Origin: an uncultured Ruminococcus sp.
GTDB taxonomy: Bacteria; Bacillota; Clostridia; Oscillospirales; Acutalibacteraceae
DNA: 44,941 nucleotides
NCBI GenBank assembly: GCA_902773165.1
Contig: CACYDO010000120.1
Coordinates: forward strand, 1-44,941
Direction of reading: 5' to 3'
The position numbers and the translations under genes are program-made. Shown here piece after piece: positions 17,455 through 26,413 of the stretch. A model generated the notes under the pieces. That model made no database searches. It was not told the origin of the DNA and saw only the letters and a program-made list of their open reading frames with translations. The first letter of the stretch is position 1; each line of letters opens with the position of its first letter.

Positions 17455-18783
17455 CTATTTATTTTTCTCTCCGCGTTCACGAACGACGAAATGTATCGGC
17501 GTTCCGGTCAGACCAAAGCTGTCGCGAATTCTGTTTTCGAGGTAACGCTTGTAGGAAAAGTGGAAGAGATCTGAACTGTTTACGAAGCATACGAACGTAG
17601 GCGGTTTTACGGAAGCCTGCGTCATGTAGAATATCTTTAAGCGTCTGCCCTTGTCGGTCGGCGGCTGGACGCGCGCCGTAGCCTCGGCGAGAATATCGTT
17701 GAGAACGCCTGTCTTTATCCGCATCGTGCAGGAAGCCGCAACGGATTTGATAAGCTCGAAAAGCTTGTCTACGCGCTGACCCGTTTTTGCCGATATGAAT
17801 ATGATAGGCGCATACGACATGAACGAAAAGTCTATTTCAAGCTTCTTGCGCATCTGATCCATAGTTTTGCCGTCTTTCTCAACGGCGTCCCATTTGTTCA
17901 CGGCAATAATGCAGCCCTTGCCGGCTTCGTGCGCAAGACCTGCGACCTTTGAATCCTGCTCGGTAAAGCCTTCTGTTGCGTCAATCATTATTACGCAGAC
18001 GTCGCTGCGTTCGATCGCCATTTTTGCGCGAAGAATGCTGTATTTCTCGATATTGTCGTCAACGCGGCTTTTTCTGCGCAGACCGGCAGTATCGGTAAAA
18101 TTAAATTTTCCGTGTTTGTTTTCTATCAGCGTATCAATCGTGTCACGCGTTGTGCCTGCAATGTCGGAAACAATACAGCGGTCGGAGCCTGCAATATAGT
18201 TTACTAAGGACGATTTGCCGGCGTTCGGCTTTCCGATAACGGCAACGGAAATTGTATCGGAATCCTCCTCTTCCTCTTCGTCGGGCGGAAAATATTCAAA
18301 AACCGCGTCGAGAAGATCTCCCGTTCCGTGACCGTGTACACTTGATACTGCGATCGGATCGCCCAGACCGAGATTATAAAATTCGTAGAATTCAGGCTCG
18401 GGCTCGCCGATGGAATCGCATTTATTAACGCAAAGAACAACTGGTCTGCCGCTCTTTTGCAGCATTGAAGCGACCTCGGAATCAGTCGCGATAAGCCCGG
18501 CTTTTTGATCGACTACAAAAATAATAACGTCTGCCGCTTCGATAGCGACCTCCGCCTGACGGCGCATTTGAGATAAAATTATATCGTCGGAATCAGGCTC
18601 GATTCCGCCCGTGTCGATAAGAGTAAATTTTCTGTTTCGCCATTCGCATTCGCCGTATAAGCGGTCGCGCGTAACGCCCGGAGTATCGTCTACAATAGAC
18701 AGGCGCTGACCAATCAGCTTGTTAAAAAGCGTAGACTTACCGACATTAGGTCTTCCGACGATAGCAGCGATCGGTTTTGACAT
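17455..18783 (-). CDS. der: Ribosome-biogenesis GTPase Der (EngA), two G domains plus a KH-like C-terminus
   Basis: The first P-loop is GRPNVGKSTLFN and the second is GKPNAGKSSLVN. The DTGG/DTAG and NKCD/NKWD motifs are present. Confidence 0.95.
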   Translation of the reverse strand: MSKPIAAIVGRPNVGKSTLFNKLIGQRLSIVDDTPGVTRDRLYGECEWRNRKFTLIDTGGIEPDSDDIILSQMRRQAEVAIEAADVIIFVVDQKAGLIATDSEVASMLQKSGRPVVLCVNKCDSIGEPEPEFYEFYNLGLGDPIAVSSVHGHGTGDLLDAVFEYFPPDEEEEEDSDTISVAVIGKPNAGKSSLVNYIAGSDRCIVSDIAGTTRDTIDTLIENKHGKFNFTDTAGLRRKSRVDDNIEKYSILRAKMAIERSDVCVIMIDATEGFTEQDSKVAGLAHEAGKGCIIAVNKWDAVEKDGKTMDQMRKKLEIDFSFMSYAPIIFISAKTGQRVDKLFELIKSVAASCTMRIKTGVLNDILAEATARVQPPTDKGRRLKIFYMTQASVKPPTFVCFVNSSDLFHFSYKRYLENRIRDSFGLTGTPIHFVVRERGEKNK

Positions 18784-18891
18784 TCGAATTTCCCCCTTCT
18801 GTATGTAGTTAATTATTGCCGAAAAGTTCTCACATACTCCATATTATTACTGTGTGAAGCAAAGAATAATGAATAAAATGTTTACAATCAG

Positions 18892-18921
18892 AAAAAAAGA
18901 AGGGAGGAACGTTCCTCCCTT
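18892..18921 (-). terminator. Terminator after rpmF
   Basis: Palindrome AGGGAGGAAC/GTTCCTCCCT (18901-18920), followed on the minus strand by TCTTTTTTTC. Confidence 0.8.
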
Positions 18922-18941
18922 ACTTTAAGAAAAGGATCCGA

Positions 18942-19127
18942 TCAATCCTCTGTCTTAACGATAACTTCTCTGCCGTTGTAGTAGCCGCATTCACCGCAAA
19001 CTCTGTGGGGAGCTTTGTACTCGCCGCAGTTGGGGCATATGGAGAGAGCCGGAGCCTTAAGCTTCCAAACGTTGCTTCTTCTTGTATTCTTTCTTGCGTG
19101 TGATGATTTTCTCTTAGGTACTGCCAT
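18942..19127 (-). CDS. rpmF: 50S ribosomal protein L32
   Basis: [18 protein letters not shown].. with a CxxC...CxxC zinc knuckle. SD is AGGAGG. Confidence 0.95.
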   Translation of the reverse strand: MAVPKRKSSHARKNTRRSNVWKLKAPALSICPNCGEYKAPHRVCGECGYYNGREVIVKTED

Positions 19128-19173
19128 TTTAAGTTCCTCCTTATAGTTGTGTGCGCCTGAAAGGCGTTATGCT

Positions 19174-19668
19174 TTAGTCCAATAAGCTTTTCAGAACCTC
19201 AAGACGAGGATCTGTTTCGCGCAGATCGCAGCCGCATTCTCCTGTATTCAGGTTTTTGCCGCATTTCGGGCAAAGGCCCTTGCAGTCTTCTTTGCAAAGA
19301 TGTTTTGCAGGAAGCTCCAACAGAATATCGGCAGTGACTGCCGCGTCCAATTCAATGACAAAATCGGGGGCTTCTATGTAATCGCTTTCGTTTTCACCAA
19401 CGAGCGACTGAACAACAGTGTGATTAAAGCTGCTGACAAACGGGGTTATGGTTTCCTCACCGCATCTGTCGCAGGGCGCAGTGTAATCGAACTTAGCCGT
19501 AACCGCCAGATCTACGACTCCCGCACGATTTACTGCCGTTGCCGACACCTTTACCGGTGTTTTAAACGGTGTACCGCCATTGAAACTCAATTCATGCAGA
19601 TCCAGATCATACTCGGCATTCCGAACCTCATCTTCTTTAAGGAAGACCTTCTTCAAATCCCAAAGCAT
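19174..19668 (-). CDS. yceD: YceD/DUF177 family protein (large-subunit rRNA accumulation factor)
   Basis: It has the conserved position upstream of rpmF. The Cys-rich C-terminal motif is CKEDCKGLCPKCGKNLNTGECGC..DPRL..LK. Confidence 0.88.
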   Translation of the reverse strand: MLWDLKKVFLKEDEVRNAEYDLDLHELSFNGGTPFKTPVKVSATAVNRAGVVDLAVTAKFDYTAPCDRCGEETITPFVSSFNHTVVQSLVGENESDYIEAPDFVIELDAAVTADILLELPAKHLCKEDCKGLCPKCGKNLNTGECGCDLRETDPRLEVLKSLLD

Positions 19669-19888
19669 AGCTACACCTCAATAAACACACTTGTATCCCG
19701 ATCTTATCTGAAATACCGCATTTTATTATACAGGATTTTCAAACCCTTGTCAATAACAAAATAGAAAGAAAACAGGATTTTTTGTTAGGTATTTTTTGTT
19801 TGTGTTTACGTGTTATTAAATTCTGGAAGGCAGTTTGCGGTGTGGATACAAATGATCTCTTCACACTGAAGTAAGAGCGTAATTATCA

Positions 19889-20063
19889 GAGGCAACAAGC
19901 CGCCGAAAATGCCTGTCAGCTGAATTTATGTATGTGTAAAATAATAGTAGGCAACAAGCCGCCGGCGCGGAGACCAGCTGATTTTTCACAATAAAGTCTG
20001 GCGGAACCGTCAGCGGCGACAAGCCGCCGGAACTTCCTCCGGGCGCTTGCACGGAATTTATGT
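19889..20063 (+). repeat. Dispersed composite repeat, copy 3: internally triplicated region ending in a head plus two tail units
   Basis: GGCAACAAGCCGCCG occurs at 19891 and 19950, and GGCGACAAGCCGCCG at 20015. Head is GGCGCGGAGACCAGCTG (19964-). This is followed by AAAGTCTGGCGGAAC, then units CGGAACCGTCAGCGGCGACAAGCCGC (20002-20027) and CGGAACTTCCTCCGGGCGCTTGCACGG (20028-20054). GAATTTATGT recurs at about 19922 and about 20054. Confidence 0.75.
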
Positions 20064-20120
20064 TTAAATTGACAGAATAGCGTAGGTGTGATACAATAAC
20101 AATATAAGGTGGTGAGCGGA

Positions 20121-20963
20121 GTGAAACGGCTTGATATTGAGTTGGTCAGAAAAATTTTTCGAAGCATGACGCTGATGGACGATCTGTTTATGTCGTTATT
20201 TTTCAATGACCAGCCTGCGTGTGTTGAGGACGTGCTTGACGCAGTGCTGCCGTTTCATGTAACAGTCCAAAGTGCGAAGACTCAACAGGAGTATAGTAAT
20301 TTGTACGGTCGTTCTGTGCGGTTTGATATTATAGCAAAGGATAATAACGGCAAGGTGTATAATATCGAGATCCAAAGGCTTAAAAAGGGTGCTTCACCTC
20401 AGCGTGCAAGATATCATTCGAGTATTTTGGATACTGCTATGCTGCAAAAGGGCGATGATTTTACCAAACTCCGCGAGTCGTATGTGATATTTATAACCGA
20501 AACAGATATTTTTGGCGATGATCTTCCGCTGTATCACATTGAAAGAATGATATCGGAAACAGGAAAAATATTTGATGACGGCTCTCATATCCTATATCTC
20601 AATACGGCGTATAAGGGCAGCGGAAACTCAAAAGCGGAAAAGCTTATCAGCGATTTCCTTACAGTTTCTCCCGAGAATATTCAAAGTAAAAATCTTAAAA
20701 GAAGATTTTATGACCTGAAGGTGAATCCTATGAAGAAGGAGGAAGATACTATGTGTGAACTTTTAGAACAGCTTATTAAATCTGAAAGAGATGAGAGTGC
20801 TGCGGAAGGCCGTGCAGAAGGCCGCGCGGCAGGCAAAGAAGAATCATCAAATGAGATCGCAAGAGAAATGCTCCTTTCAGGAGAAGTGCCGGTCGAAAAA
20901 ATAGCAAGATTTTGCCGCCTGACTATAGAGCAGGTGCTTGCCATAAAAAAGAGTATTGCGTAA
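20121..20963 (+). CDS. PD-(D/E)XK nuclease-family transposase-like protein (Rpn / recombination-promoting nuclease family)
   Basis: N-terminal ..MDDLFMSLF.., core RFDIIAKDNNGKVYNIEIQ (D..E.Q/K nuclease motif), and C-terminal AEGRAEGRA..IAREML..G....KIARFC.LT.EQV helix typical of this family. GTG at 20121 lies 6 nt after AAGGTGGTG. Alternative starts are at 20109 and 20166. Confidence 0.8.
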   Translation: MKRLDIELVRKIFRSMTLMDDLFMSLFFNDQPACVEDVLDAVLPFHVTVQSAKTQQEYSNLYGRSVRFDIIAKDNNGKVYNIEIQRLKKGASPQRARYHSSILDTAMLQKGDDFTKLRESYVIFITETDIFGDDLPLYHIERMISETGKIFDDGSHILYLNTAYKGSGNSKAEKLISDFLTVSPENIQSKNLKRRFYDLKVNPMKKEEDTMCELLEQLIKSERDESAAEGRAEGRAAGKEESSNEIAREMLLSGEVPVEKIARFCRLTIEQVLAIKKSIA

Positions 20964-20993
20964 AATGAAATTAGCGATGAGCTTTTTCAATAA

Positions 20994-21062
20994 CCGGCGG
21001 CGCGCAGACCAATTAACCGTCATGCATAAGTCCGGCGGAACCGCCCGTCGGCGCCTGCCGAC
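20994..21062 (+). repeat. Dispersed composite repeat, copy 4
   Basis: CCGGCGGCGCGCAGACCAATTAACC.. head, ..CATAAGTCCGGCGGAAC, then hairpin GTCGGC-GCCT-GCCGAC (21047-21062). Confidence 0.75.
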
Positions 21063-21064
21063 CC

Positions 21065-21107
21065 GACAGTTCGTTTGCACCATCCTGTCGTTAAACAAAA
21101 CTACGGG
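21065..21107 (+). promoter_or_regulatory. preQ1-I riboswitch aptamer
   Basis: GACAG-UUCGUUUGCACCAUC-CUGUC-GUUAAACAAAACUACGGG has a 5-bp P1, UUC after the 5' arm, and an A-rich tail ending in CUA. This matches the shape of the B. subtilis queC aptamer (AGAGGUUCUAGCUACACCCUCUAUAAAAAACUAAGG) and the T. tengcongensis aptamer (..CCCCAGUUAACAAAACAAGG). It lies directly upstream of a que operon. Confidence 0.65.
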
Positions 21108-21145
21108 CATTGTTGATTATTTTCAATAGTGAATGTAATTACGGT

Positions 21146-21174
21146 GGTGCGGCTTTTTTAGCCGCACCTTTTTT
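21146..21174 (+). terminator. Riboswitch expression-platform terminator
   Basis: GGTGCGGC-TTTTTTA-GCCGCACC followed by TTTTTT, immediately before the queD SD (AGGAGT). Confidence 0.7.
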
Positions 21175-21189
21175 AGGAGTGAAATAGAA

Positions 21190-21609
21190 ATGTATACTTT
21201 AGAAACAAGTGCGGCTTTTGACAGCGCACATTTTCTCAGCGGATATAACGGTAAATGCGCTAATATTCACGGTCATCGGTGGGTAATACGCGTTGAGGTG
21301 TCAGCGCAGAATGTTCAGCAGGACGGTGAAAAACGCGGTATGCTTGTGGACTTTGGTGATCTGAAAAAAATCGTCCGTGATATTGCCGATAGTTACGACC
21401 ATGCTCTCCTGTATGAAAAAGGTACGCTTAAGCCTAAAACGTATGAGGCGCTGTGTGAGGAAAATTTTAAACTTATCGCCCTCGATTATCGCCCTACTGC
21501 CGAGAATTTTGCAAAGGCGTTTTTCTGTATTTTTCAAGATAAAGGTCTTCCCGTTTCTAAGGTCACTGTGTTTGAAACACCCGATAACTGCGCTTCTTAT
21601 TCGGAATAA
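21190..21609 (+). CDS. queD: 6-carboxy-5,6,7,8-tetrahydropterin synthase QueD
   Basis: FDSAHFL..C.N.HGHRW zinc-binding His motif. The length is about 139 aa. Confidence 0.92.
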   Translation: MYTLETSAAFDSAHFLSGYNGKCANIHGHRWVIRVEVSAQNVQQDGEKRGMLVDFGDLKKIVRDIADSYDHALLYEKGTLKPKTYEALCEENFKLIALDYRPTAENFAKAFFCIFQDKGLPVSKVTVFETPDNCASYSE

Positions 21610-21629
21610 GCTGTATAGAGGTGAATTAT

Positions 21630-22283
21630 ATGAAATATCCCATAGTTGAAACATTTTTAAGCATTAACGGCGAGGGAAGGCGCGCCGGAGAGCTTGCTTT
21701 TTTTATCAGATTAAAGGGCTGCAATCTGCGCTGCCCGTACTGCGATACAAAATGGGCGTATCTTGATGACGCGGAATGTAATTATCTCAGTGCAGAAGAG
21801 CTTTGCAGTGCTGCCGACGGCGTTGTAAACGTCACGATAACGGGCGGCGAGCCTATGCAGTACGATCTCAGCGAATTAACCGATGCGCTTATTGAAAACA
21901 ATCACCGCGTTGAGATCGAAACTAATGGCAGCATTCCTATTTACGAGCTTTCAAAAAGAAAGCTCCGTCCGTCCTTTACTCTCGACTATAAGCTTCCGTC
22001 AAGCTTGATGGAAGACAAGATGGATACGGATAATTATAATTATTTAAATGAAAATGATACTGTGAAATTCGTTGTCGGCGATTTTGCCGATCTTGAAAGA
22101 GCGCGTGAAATTATAATGCAGTTCGATCTTTCCAGTCGCTGTGGTGTGTTTCTCAGCCCGGTTTTCGGCAGCATTACAGCTGCGGAGATCGTAGATTATT
22201 TAAAGGATAAGAAAATGAATAACGTCAGGGTTCAGCTCCAGCTTCATAAATATATCTGGGATCCCGAATTAAGAGGTGTGTAA
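21630..22283 (+). CDS. queE: 7-carboxy-7-deazaguanine synthase QueE (radical SAM)
   Basis: ETFLSINGEG..G....FIRL.GCNLRCPYCDT cluster motif. ATG at 21630 follows GAGGTG. Confidence 0.9.
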   Translation: MKYPIVETFLSINGEGRRAGELAFFIRLKGCNLRCPYCDTKWAYLDDAECNYLSAEELCSAADGVVNVTITGGEPMQYDLSELTDALIENNHRVEIETNGSIPIYELSKRKLRPSFTLDYKLPSSLMEDKMDTDNYNYLNENDTVKFVVGDFADLERAREIIMQFDLSSRCGVFLSPVFGSITAAEIVDYLKDKKMNNVRVQLQLHKYIWDPELRGV

Positions 22284-22284
22284 A

Positions 22285-22842
22285 ATGGATAAGGAAAAAA
22301 TTGAGTATCATATAAGAGGTCTGCTTGAAGCTATAGGCGAAGACCCCGACCGCCCCGGTCTTGTTGAAACGCCTAGACGCGTTTCTGATATGTATGAGGA
22401 AATATTCGAGGGAATCGCATATTCAAACCACGATATCGCTGAAATGTTCGGCAAAACATTCGATATGGAGTACAGCTCTCAACCGTATATCGTAATGAAG
22501 GATATTACTGTTTTCAGTTACTGCGAACACCATATGGCACTTATGTACGATATGACCGTAAACGTTGCTTATATCCCGAATGGAAAGGTGTTGGGGCTGA
22601 GCAAGATCGCCCGTATCTGCGATATGGCGGCGAAACGCTTGCAGCTTCAGGAAAAGCTCGGCAGCGATATCGCCGAGATAATCGCCGAAGCTGCCGGTAC
22701 AGACAGCGTTGGCGTTAAGATCACAGGCTCTCACAGCTGCATGACTGCGCGCGGAATACGAAATGTCAGCGCTCGTACAGTGACGAAAACGCTGATCGGC
22801 GAATTTAAAAGCAATAAAGATCTGGCTGATCTGCTGGATTGA
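22285..22842 (+). CDS. folE: GTP cyclohydrolase I FolE
   Basis: Motifs are GEDP.R.GL..TP.RV, SYCEHHM and ARICD..A.RLQLQE. ATG at 22285 lies 8 nt after AAGAGG. Confidence 0.92.
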   Translation: MDKEKIEYHIRGLLEAIGEDPDRPGLVETPRRVSDMYEEIFEGIAYSNHDIAEMFGKTFDMEYSSQPYIVMKDITVFSYCEHHMALMYDMTVNVAYIPNGKVLGLSKIARICDMAAKRLQLQEKLGSDIAEIIAEAAGTDSVGVKITGSHSCMTARGIRNVSARTVTKTLIGEFKSNKDLADLLD

Positions 22843-22857
22843 TCGGAGGAATACATA

Positions 22858-23562
22858 ATGAAAGCCCTGGTTCTTTTTAGCGGCGGCGTCGATTCATCGA
22901 CCTGCCTGGCTATGGCGGTAGAAAAATACGGCGCGGAAAATGTGCTTGCGCTTTCCGTGTATTACGGTCAGAAGCACATCAAGGAGCTGCTTATGGCGCG
23001 AAAGATCGTAAATCATTACGGAGTGAAATACCGTGATCTTGATATGCGTGAAATGTTCGAAAACTCGGACTGCACGCTGCTTGAAACGTCTGAGCGCGAG
23101 ATCCCTAAGGAGAGTTACGCCGAACAGCTGAAAAAAACTGACGGCAAGCCCGTTTCCACTTACGTTCCTTTCAGAAACGGACTTTTCCTTTCTGCTGCGG
23201 CAAGCGTTGCGCTGTCTAACGGCTGCGAGGTGATATATTACGGCGCTCACGGAGATGACGCTGCCGGAAATGCATACCCCGATTGTTCTACAGATTTTAA
23301 TGACGCTATCAGCCGCGCAATATACCTTGGCAGCGGCGGCGAGCTGAGAGTGGAAGCGCCGTTTGTCGGTCTGACAAAAGCGGACGTTGTGAAAAAAGGT
23401 CTGGAGCTTGGCGTTCCGTATGAACTGACCTGGAGCTGCTACGACGTTGGAGAGACTCCATGCGGAAAATGCGGAACGTGCCTCGACCGTGCGCGCGCTT
23501 TTGAGATAAACGGAGTTGAAGACCCGGCTGTTGCTTATTGGAGAGATAGAAATGAGAACTGA
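22858..23562 (+). CDS. queC: 7-cyano-7-deazaguanine synthase QueC
   Basis: The PP-loop is [10 protein letters not shown]. The C-terminal zinc motif is SCY....PCGKCGTC..R. Confidence 0.93.
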   Translation: MKALVLFSGGVDSSTCLAMAVEKYGAENVLALSVYYGQKHIKELLMARKIVNHYGVKYRDLDMREMFENSDCTLLETSEREIPKESYAEQLKKTDGKPVSTYVPFRNGLFLSAAASVALSNGCEVIYYGAHGDDAAGNAYPDCSTDFNDAISRAIYLGSGGELRVEAPFVGLTKADVVKKGLELGVPYELTWSCYDVGETPCGKCGTCLDRARAFEINGVEDPAVAYWRDRNEN

Positions 23563-24040
23563 AAACGAGATAGGCAGCGTGAAAGCGCTTGGAAAAAAGA
23601 CGAATTATATTTTTGATTACGACCCCGGTTTGCTTGAATGCTTTCCCAACAAGCACCCTGATAACGATTATTTTGTGAAATTCAACTGCCCCGAATTTAC
23701 GAGCCTATGCCCGATTACGGGTCAGCCCGATTTTGCTACTGTGTATATTTCCTACGTTCCCGGCGAGAAAATGGTGGAGAGCAAGTCGCTGAAGCTGTAT
23801 CTGTTCTCGTTCCGCAATCACGGCGATTTTCACGAGGACTGCATGAATATCATCATGAAGGACCTTATTAAGCTCATGAATCCGAAGTATATTGAGGTGT
23901 GGGGCAAATTTCTGCCGCGCGGCGGTCTTTCGATCGACCCATACTGCAATTATGGTATGGCTGGCACAAAATGGGAGCAGATGGCGTGGGAACGTCTTTC
24001 TCACCACGACCTTTACCCCGAAAAGATAGATAATAGATGA
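23552..24040 (+). CDS. queF: NADPH-dependent 7-cyano-7-deazaguanine reductase QueF (type I)
   Basis: Motifs are EF.SLCP.TGQPDFA...I.Y.P and E.KSLKLYL.SFRNHG.FHE. ATG at 23552 follows GGAGAG and overlaps the queC end by 11 nt. Confidence 0.92.
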   Translation: MRTENEIGSVKALGKKTNYIFDYDPGLLECFPNKHPDNDYFVKFNCPEFTSLCPITGQPDFATVYISYVPGEKMVESKSLKLYLFSFRNHGDFHEDCMNIIMKDLIKLMNPKYIEVWGKFLPRGGLSIDPYCNYGMAGTKWEQMAWERLSHHDLYPEKIDNR

Positions 24041-24053
24041 TGTTTTGAAAATA

Positions 24054-24091
24054 CTGTGCGGAAAATTACAAAATTTTCCCACAGTTTTTTT
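24054..24091 (+). terminator. Rho-independent terminator ending the que operon
   Basis: CTGTGCGGAAAATT / AAATTTTCCCACAG stem (one bulge), loop ACA, then TTTTTTT. Confidence 0.8.
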
Positions 24092-24100
24092 CATAAAGCT

Positions 24101-24129
24101 TTGACAATTTGCTGATTATAGTGTACAAT
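24101..24129 (+). promoter_or_regulatory. Promoter for thrC
   Basis: TTGACA (24101-24106), 17-nt spacer, TACAAT (24124-24129). Confidence 0.65.
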
Positions 24130-24188
24130 ACATTATGTGTATTCAGCGGCATTCGCTGCAAAATCTTTTTTTGAAGGGATTGTTACAA

Positions 24189-25697
24189 ATGAAATATAAC
24201 AGCACCACCGACAAAAATATCGTTGTGTCCGCTTCTCAGGCGATCGCTCAGGGAATTTCAACGGACGGCGGACTTTTCGTTCCTATGGAGATTCCGCAGT
24301 ACAGTATTTCCGATATCAAAGCGCTCACAAAGCTCGATTACAGAGGAAGAGCAAAGAAGATCCTCGGTGATTATCTCGACGATTTCACAAAGGAGGAGAT
24401 CGACGAGTGTGTTGATAAGGCTTATACCAATGAGAAATTCGGCGGCGATAACCCTGCGCCTCTTTCTTACGAAAAGTTCGGCGATACCGATATGAATATC
24501 CTTGAGCTGTGGCACGGTCCTACGTCTGCATTTAAGGATATGGCTTTGCAGATACTTCCCCATCTGCTTACTAAATCTCTGCGCAAAACGACTCCCGACA
24601 AGGAAGCTGTTATTCTCGTTGCAACATCGGGCGATACGGGCAAGGCGGCTCTCGAAGGCTTTAAGGACGTTGACGGAACAAAGATCATGGTATTCTACCC
24701 CGTAGACGGCGTCAGCCCCATGCAGAAGCGTCAGATGACTACGCAGGAGGGAAATAATGTCGCAGTATGCGCGATCAAGGGCAACTTTGACGACGCTCAG
24801 ACAGGCGTTAAGAGGATCTTTACAGACTCAGAGCTTATTAAAAAGCTTGACGAAAACGGCTACCTTTTCTCAAGCGCAAACTCCATCAACTGGGGCAGAC
24901 TTCTTCCGCAGATCGTTTACTATTTCTCTGCTTACGCTGAAATGGTCAACGATGGCAAGATCAAGCTCGGCGACAAGATAAACGTTGCTGTTCCGACAGG
25001 CAACTTCGGCAATATACTCGCTTCTTACTATGCGTTCAGAATGGGTCTGCCGATCAATAAATTTATCTGCGCTTCTAACTCAAACAACGTTCTTACCGAC
25101 TTTATCGCAACAGGTACATACAACAAGAACCGCAGCTTCTACGCTACGATCTCTCCGTCAATGGATATTCTTGTTTCGTCTAACCTGGAAAGATTCCTCT
25201 ATCATATGACAGACGGAAATGACGCTGCCGTTAAGGGATGGATGACTTCTCTCAAAACAGAGGGCGCATATTCCGTTGACAGCAAAACAAAGCAGAAGAT
25301 CTCTGATATATTTACAGGCGGATTCTGCGACGACGTAATGACGCGCGAGATCATCGGCGAATTCTTCAACAAGTACGGCTATCTCTGCGATACTCATACG
25401 GCTGTTGCAGTCAGCGTTTATAAGGACTACGTTGAAAAGACAGGCGACAAAACGCCGACTGTTATTGATTCCACTGCAAGTCCCTATAAGTTCGGCAAGG
25501 CTGTTCTTGAAGCAGTTGCAAACGGCGAAGAGCTTCCCGATGACGAGTTCGAGATGGTTGACCTTCTCAGCAAAAAGACATCAACCGATGTTCCTGCTCC
25601 GCTTGCCGCTCTTAAGAGCAAGCAGACACGCTTTACCACAGTCTGCGCAAAGGAAGATATGGCAGACTTCGTTCTCGGTACATTGGGAGTAAAATAA
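24189..25697 (+). CDS. thrC: Threonine synthase (long, about 500-aa class)
   Basis: The PLP-lysine motif is GPTSAFKDMALQ. It also has ATSGDTGKAA and a C-terminal threonine-synthase-like region. ATG at 24189 follows GAAGGGA. Confidence 0.9.
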   Translation: MKYNSTTDKNIVVSASQAIAQGISTDGGLFVPMEIPQYSISDIKALTKLDYRGRAKKILGDYLDDFTKEEIDECVDKAYTNEKFGGDNPAPLSYEKFGDTDMNILELWHGPTSAFKDMALQILPHLLTKSLRKTTPDKEAVILVATSGDTGKAALEGFKDVDGTKIMVFYPVDGVSPMQKRQMTTQEGNNVAVCAIKGNFDDAQTGVKRIFTDSELIKKLDENGYLFSSANSINWGRLLPQIVYYFSAYAEMVNDGKIKLGDKINVAVPTGNFGNILASYYAFRMGLPINKFICASNSNNVLTDFIATGTYNKNRSFYATISPSMDILVSSNLERFLYHMTDGNDAAVKGWMTSLKTEGAYSVDSKTKQKISDIFTGGFCDDVMTREIIGEFFNKYGYLCDTHTAVAVSVYKDYVEKTGDKTPTVIDSTASPYKFGKAVLEAVANGEELPDDEFEMVDLLSKKTSTDVPAPLAALKSKQTRFTTVCAKEDMADFVLGTLGVK

Positions 25698-26413
25698 TGT
25701 CACTGTACGTTTTGGGCGATACGCACCTTTCATTTGGTGTAGATAAACCCATGGATATTTTTTACGGCTGGACAAATTACGTCGGTCAGCTTGAAAAAAA
25801 CTGGAGAAATATCGTAAGCGATGAGGATACTGTGCTTCTTGCAGGAGATATCTCCTGGGGTATGAGTCTGGAAGAAGCGCTGCCCGATTTTCGCTTTATA
25901 GACGGTTTGCCCGGAAAAAAGCTGATACTAAAGGGCAATCACGACTACTGGTGGTGTACTAAAACGAAAATGGATAACTTCCTTGCCGCCAGCGGCATAA
26001 GCACCGTTTCTTTCTTATATAATAATGCATACAGGATCGGTGAAATATCCGTTTGCGGTACGCGCGGCTGGTTTTACGACGCCCACGGCGAACACGATGA
26101 AAAGGTAGTAGCCCGTGAAGCAGGAAGACTAAAAATGTCTTATGAAGCGGCAAAAAAGCTCGGCGGCGAGGTTATAGCATTTCTGCATTATCCGCCTGTT
26201 TACGCAGGAAGAGAATGCCCCGAAATGATGGACGCACTGCTCGAATGCGGGATAAAGCGCTGTTATTATGGGCATCTTCACGGGAAGAGAAATCACGAAT
26301 CCGCCACCACAGGGCCGTACAGAGGAATAGATTTCAGCCTGATATCAAGCGACTACACAAAATTCAAACCCATTCCGGTCCGGGCAGCGCCCGGAGGCAA
26401 TTCCGCCGGGTAG
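25697..26413 (+). CDS. Calcineurin-like metallophosphoesterase; the last 11 or so codons and the stop are supplied by the repeat array
   Basis: Motifs are [19 protein letters not shown] and LHYPP. The ATG overlaps the thrC stop (TAATG). The C-terminal ..[10 protein letters not shown] is read from repeat units beginning at 26380. Confidence 0.85.
   Translation: MSLYVLGDTHLSFGVDKPMDIFYGWTNYVGQLEKNWRNIVSDEDTVLLAGDISWGMSLEEALPDFRFIDGLPGKKLILKGNHDYWWCTKTKMDNFLAASGISTVSFLYNNAYRIGEISVCGTRGWFYDAHGEHDEKVVAREAGRLKMSYEAAKKLGGEVIAFLHYPPVYAGRECPEMMDALLECGIKRCYYGHLHGKRNHESATTGPYRGIDFSLISSDYTKFKPIPVRAAPGGNSAG

Noticed and set aside
19861-20206. Minus-strand ORFs of 63 and 96 aa lie over the repeat block upstream of the Rpn-like gene.
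   Set aside because: They are made of repeat-element sequence, have no SD, and one overlaps the start of the Rpn-like CDS.
24130-24188. A T-box or other amino-acid leader might be expected upstream of thrC.
   Set aside because: The leader is only about 55 nt with one small hairpin (CAGCG/CGCTG), which is far too short for a T-box. No specifier or T-box sequence is present.
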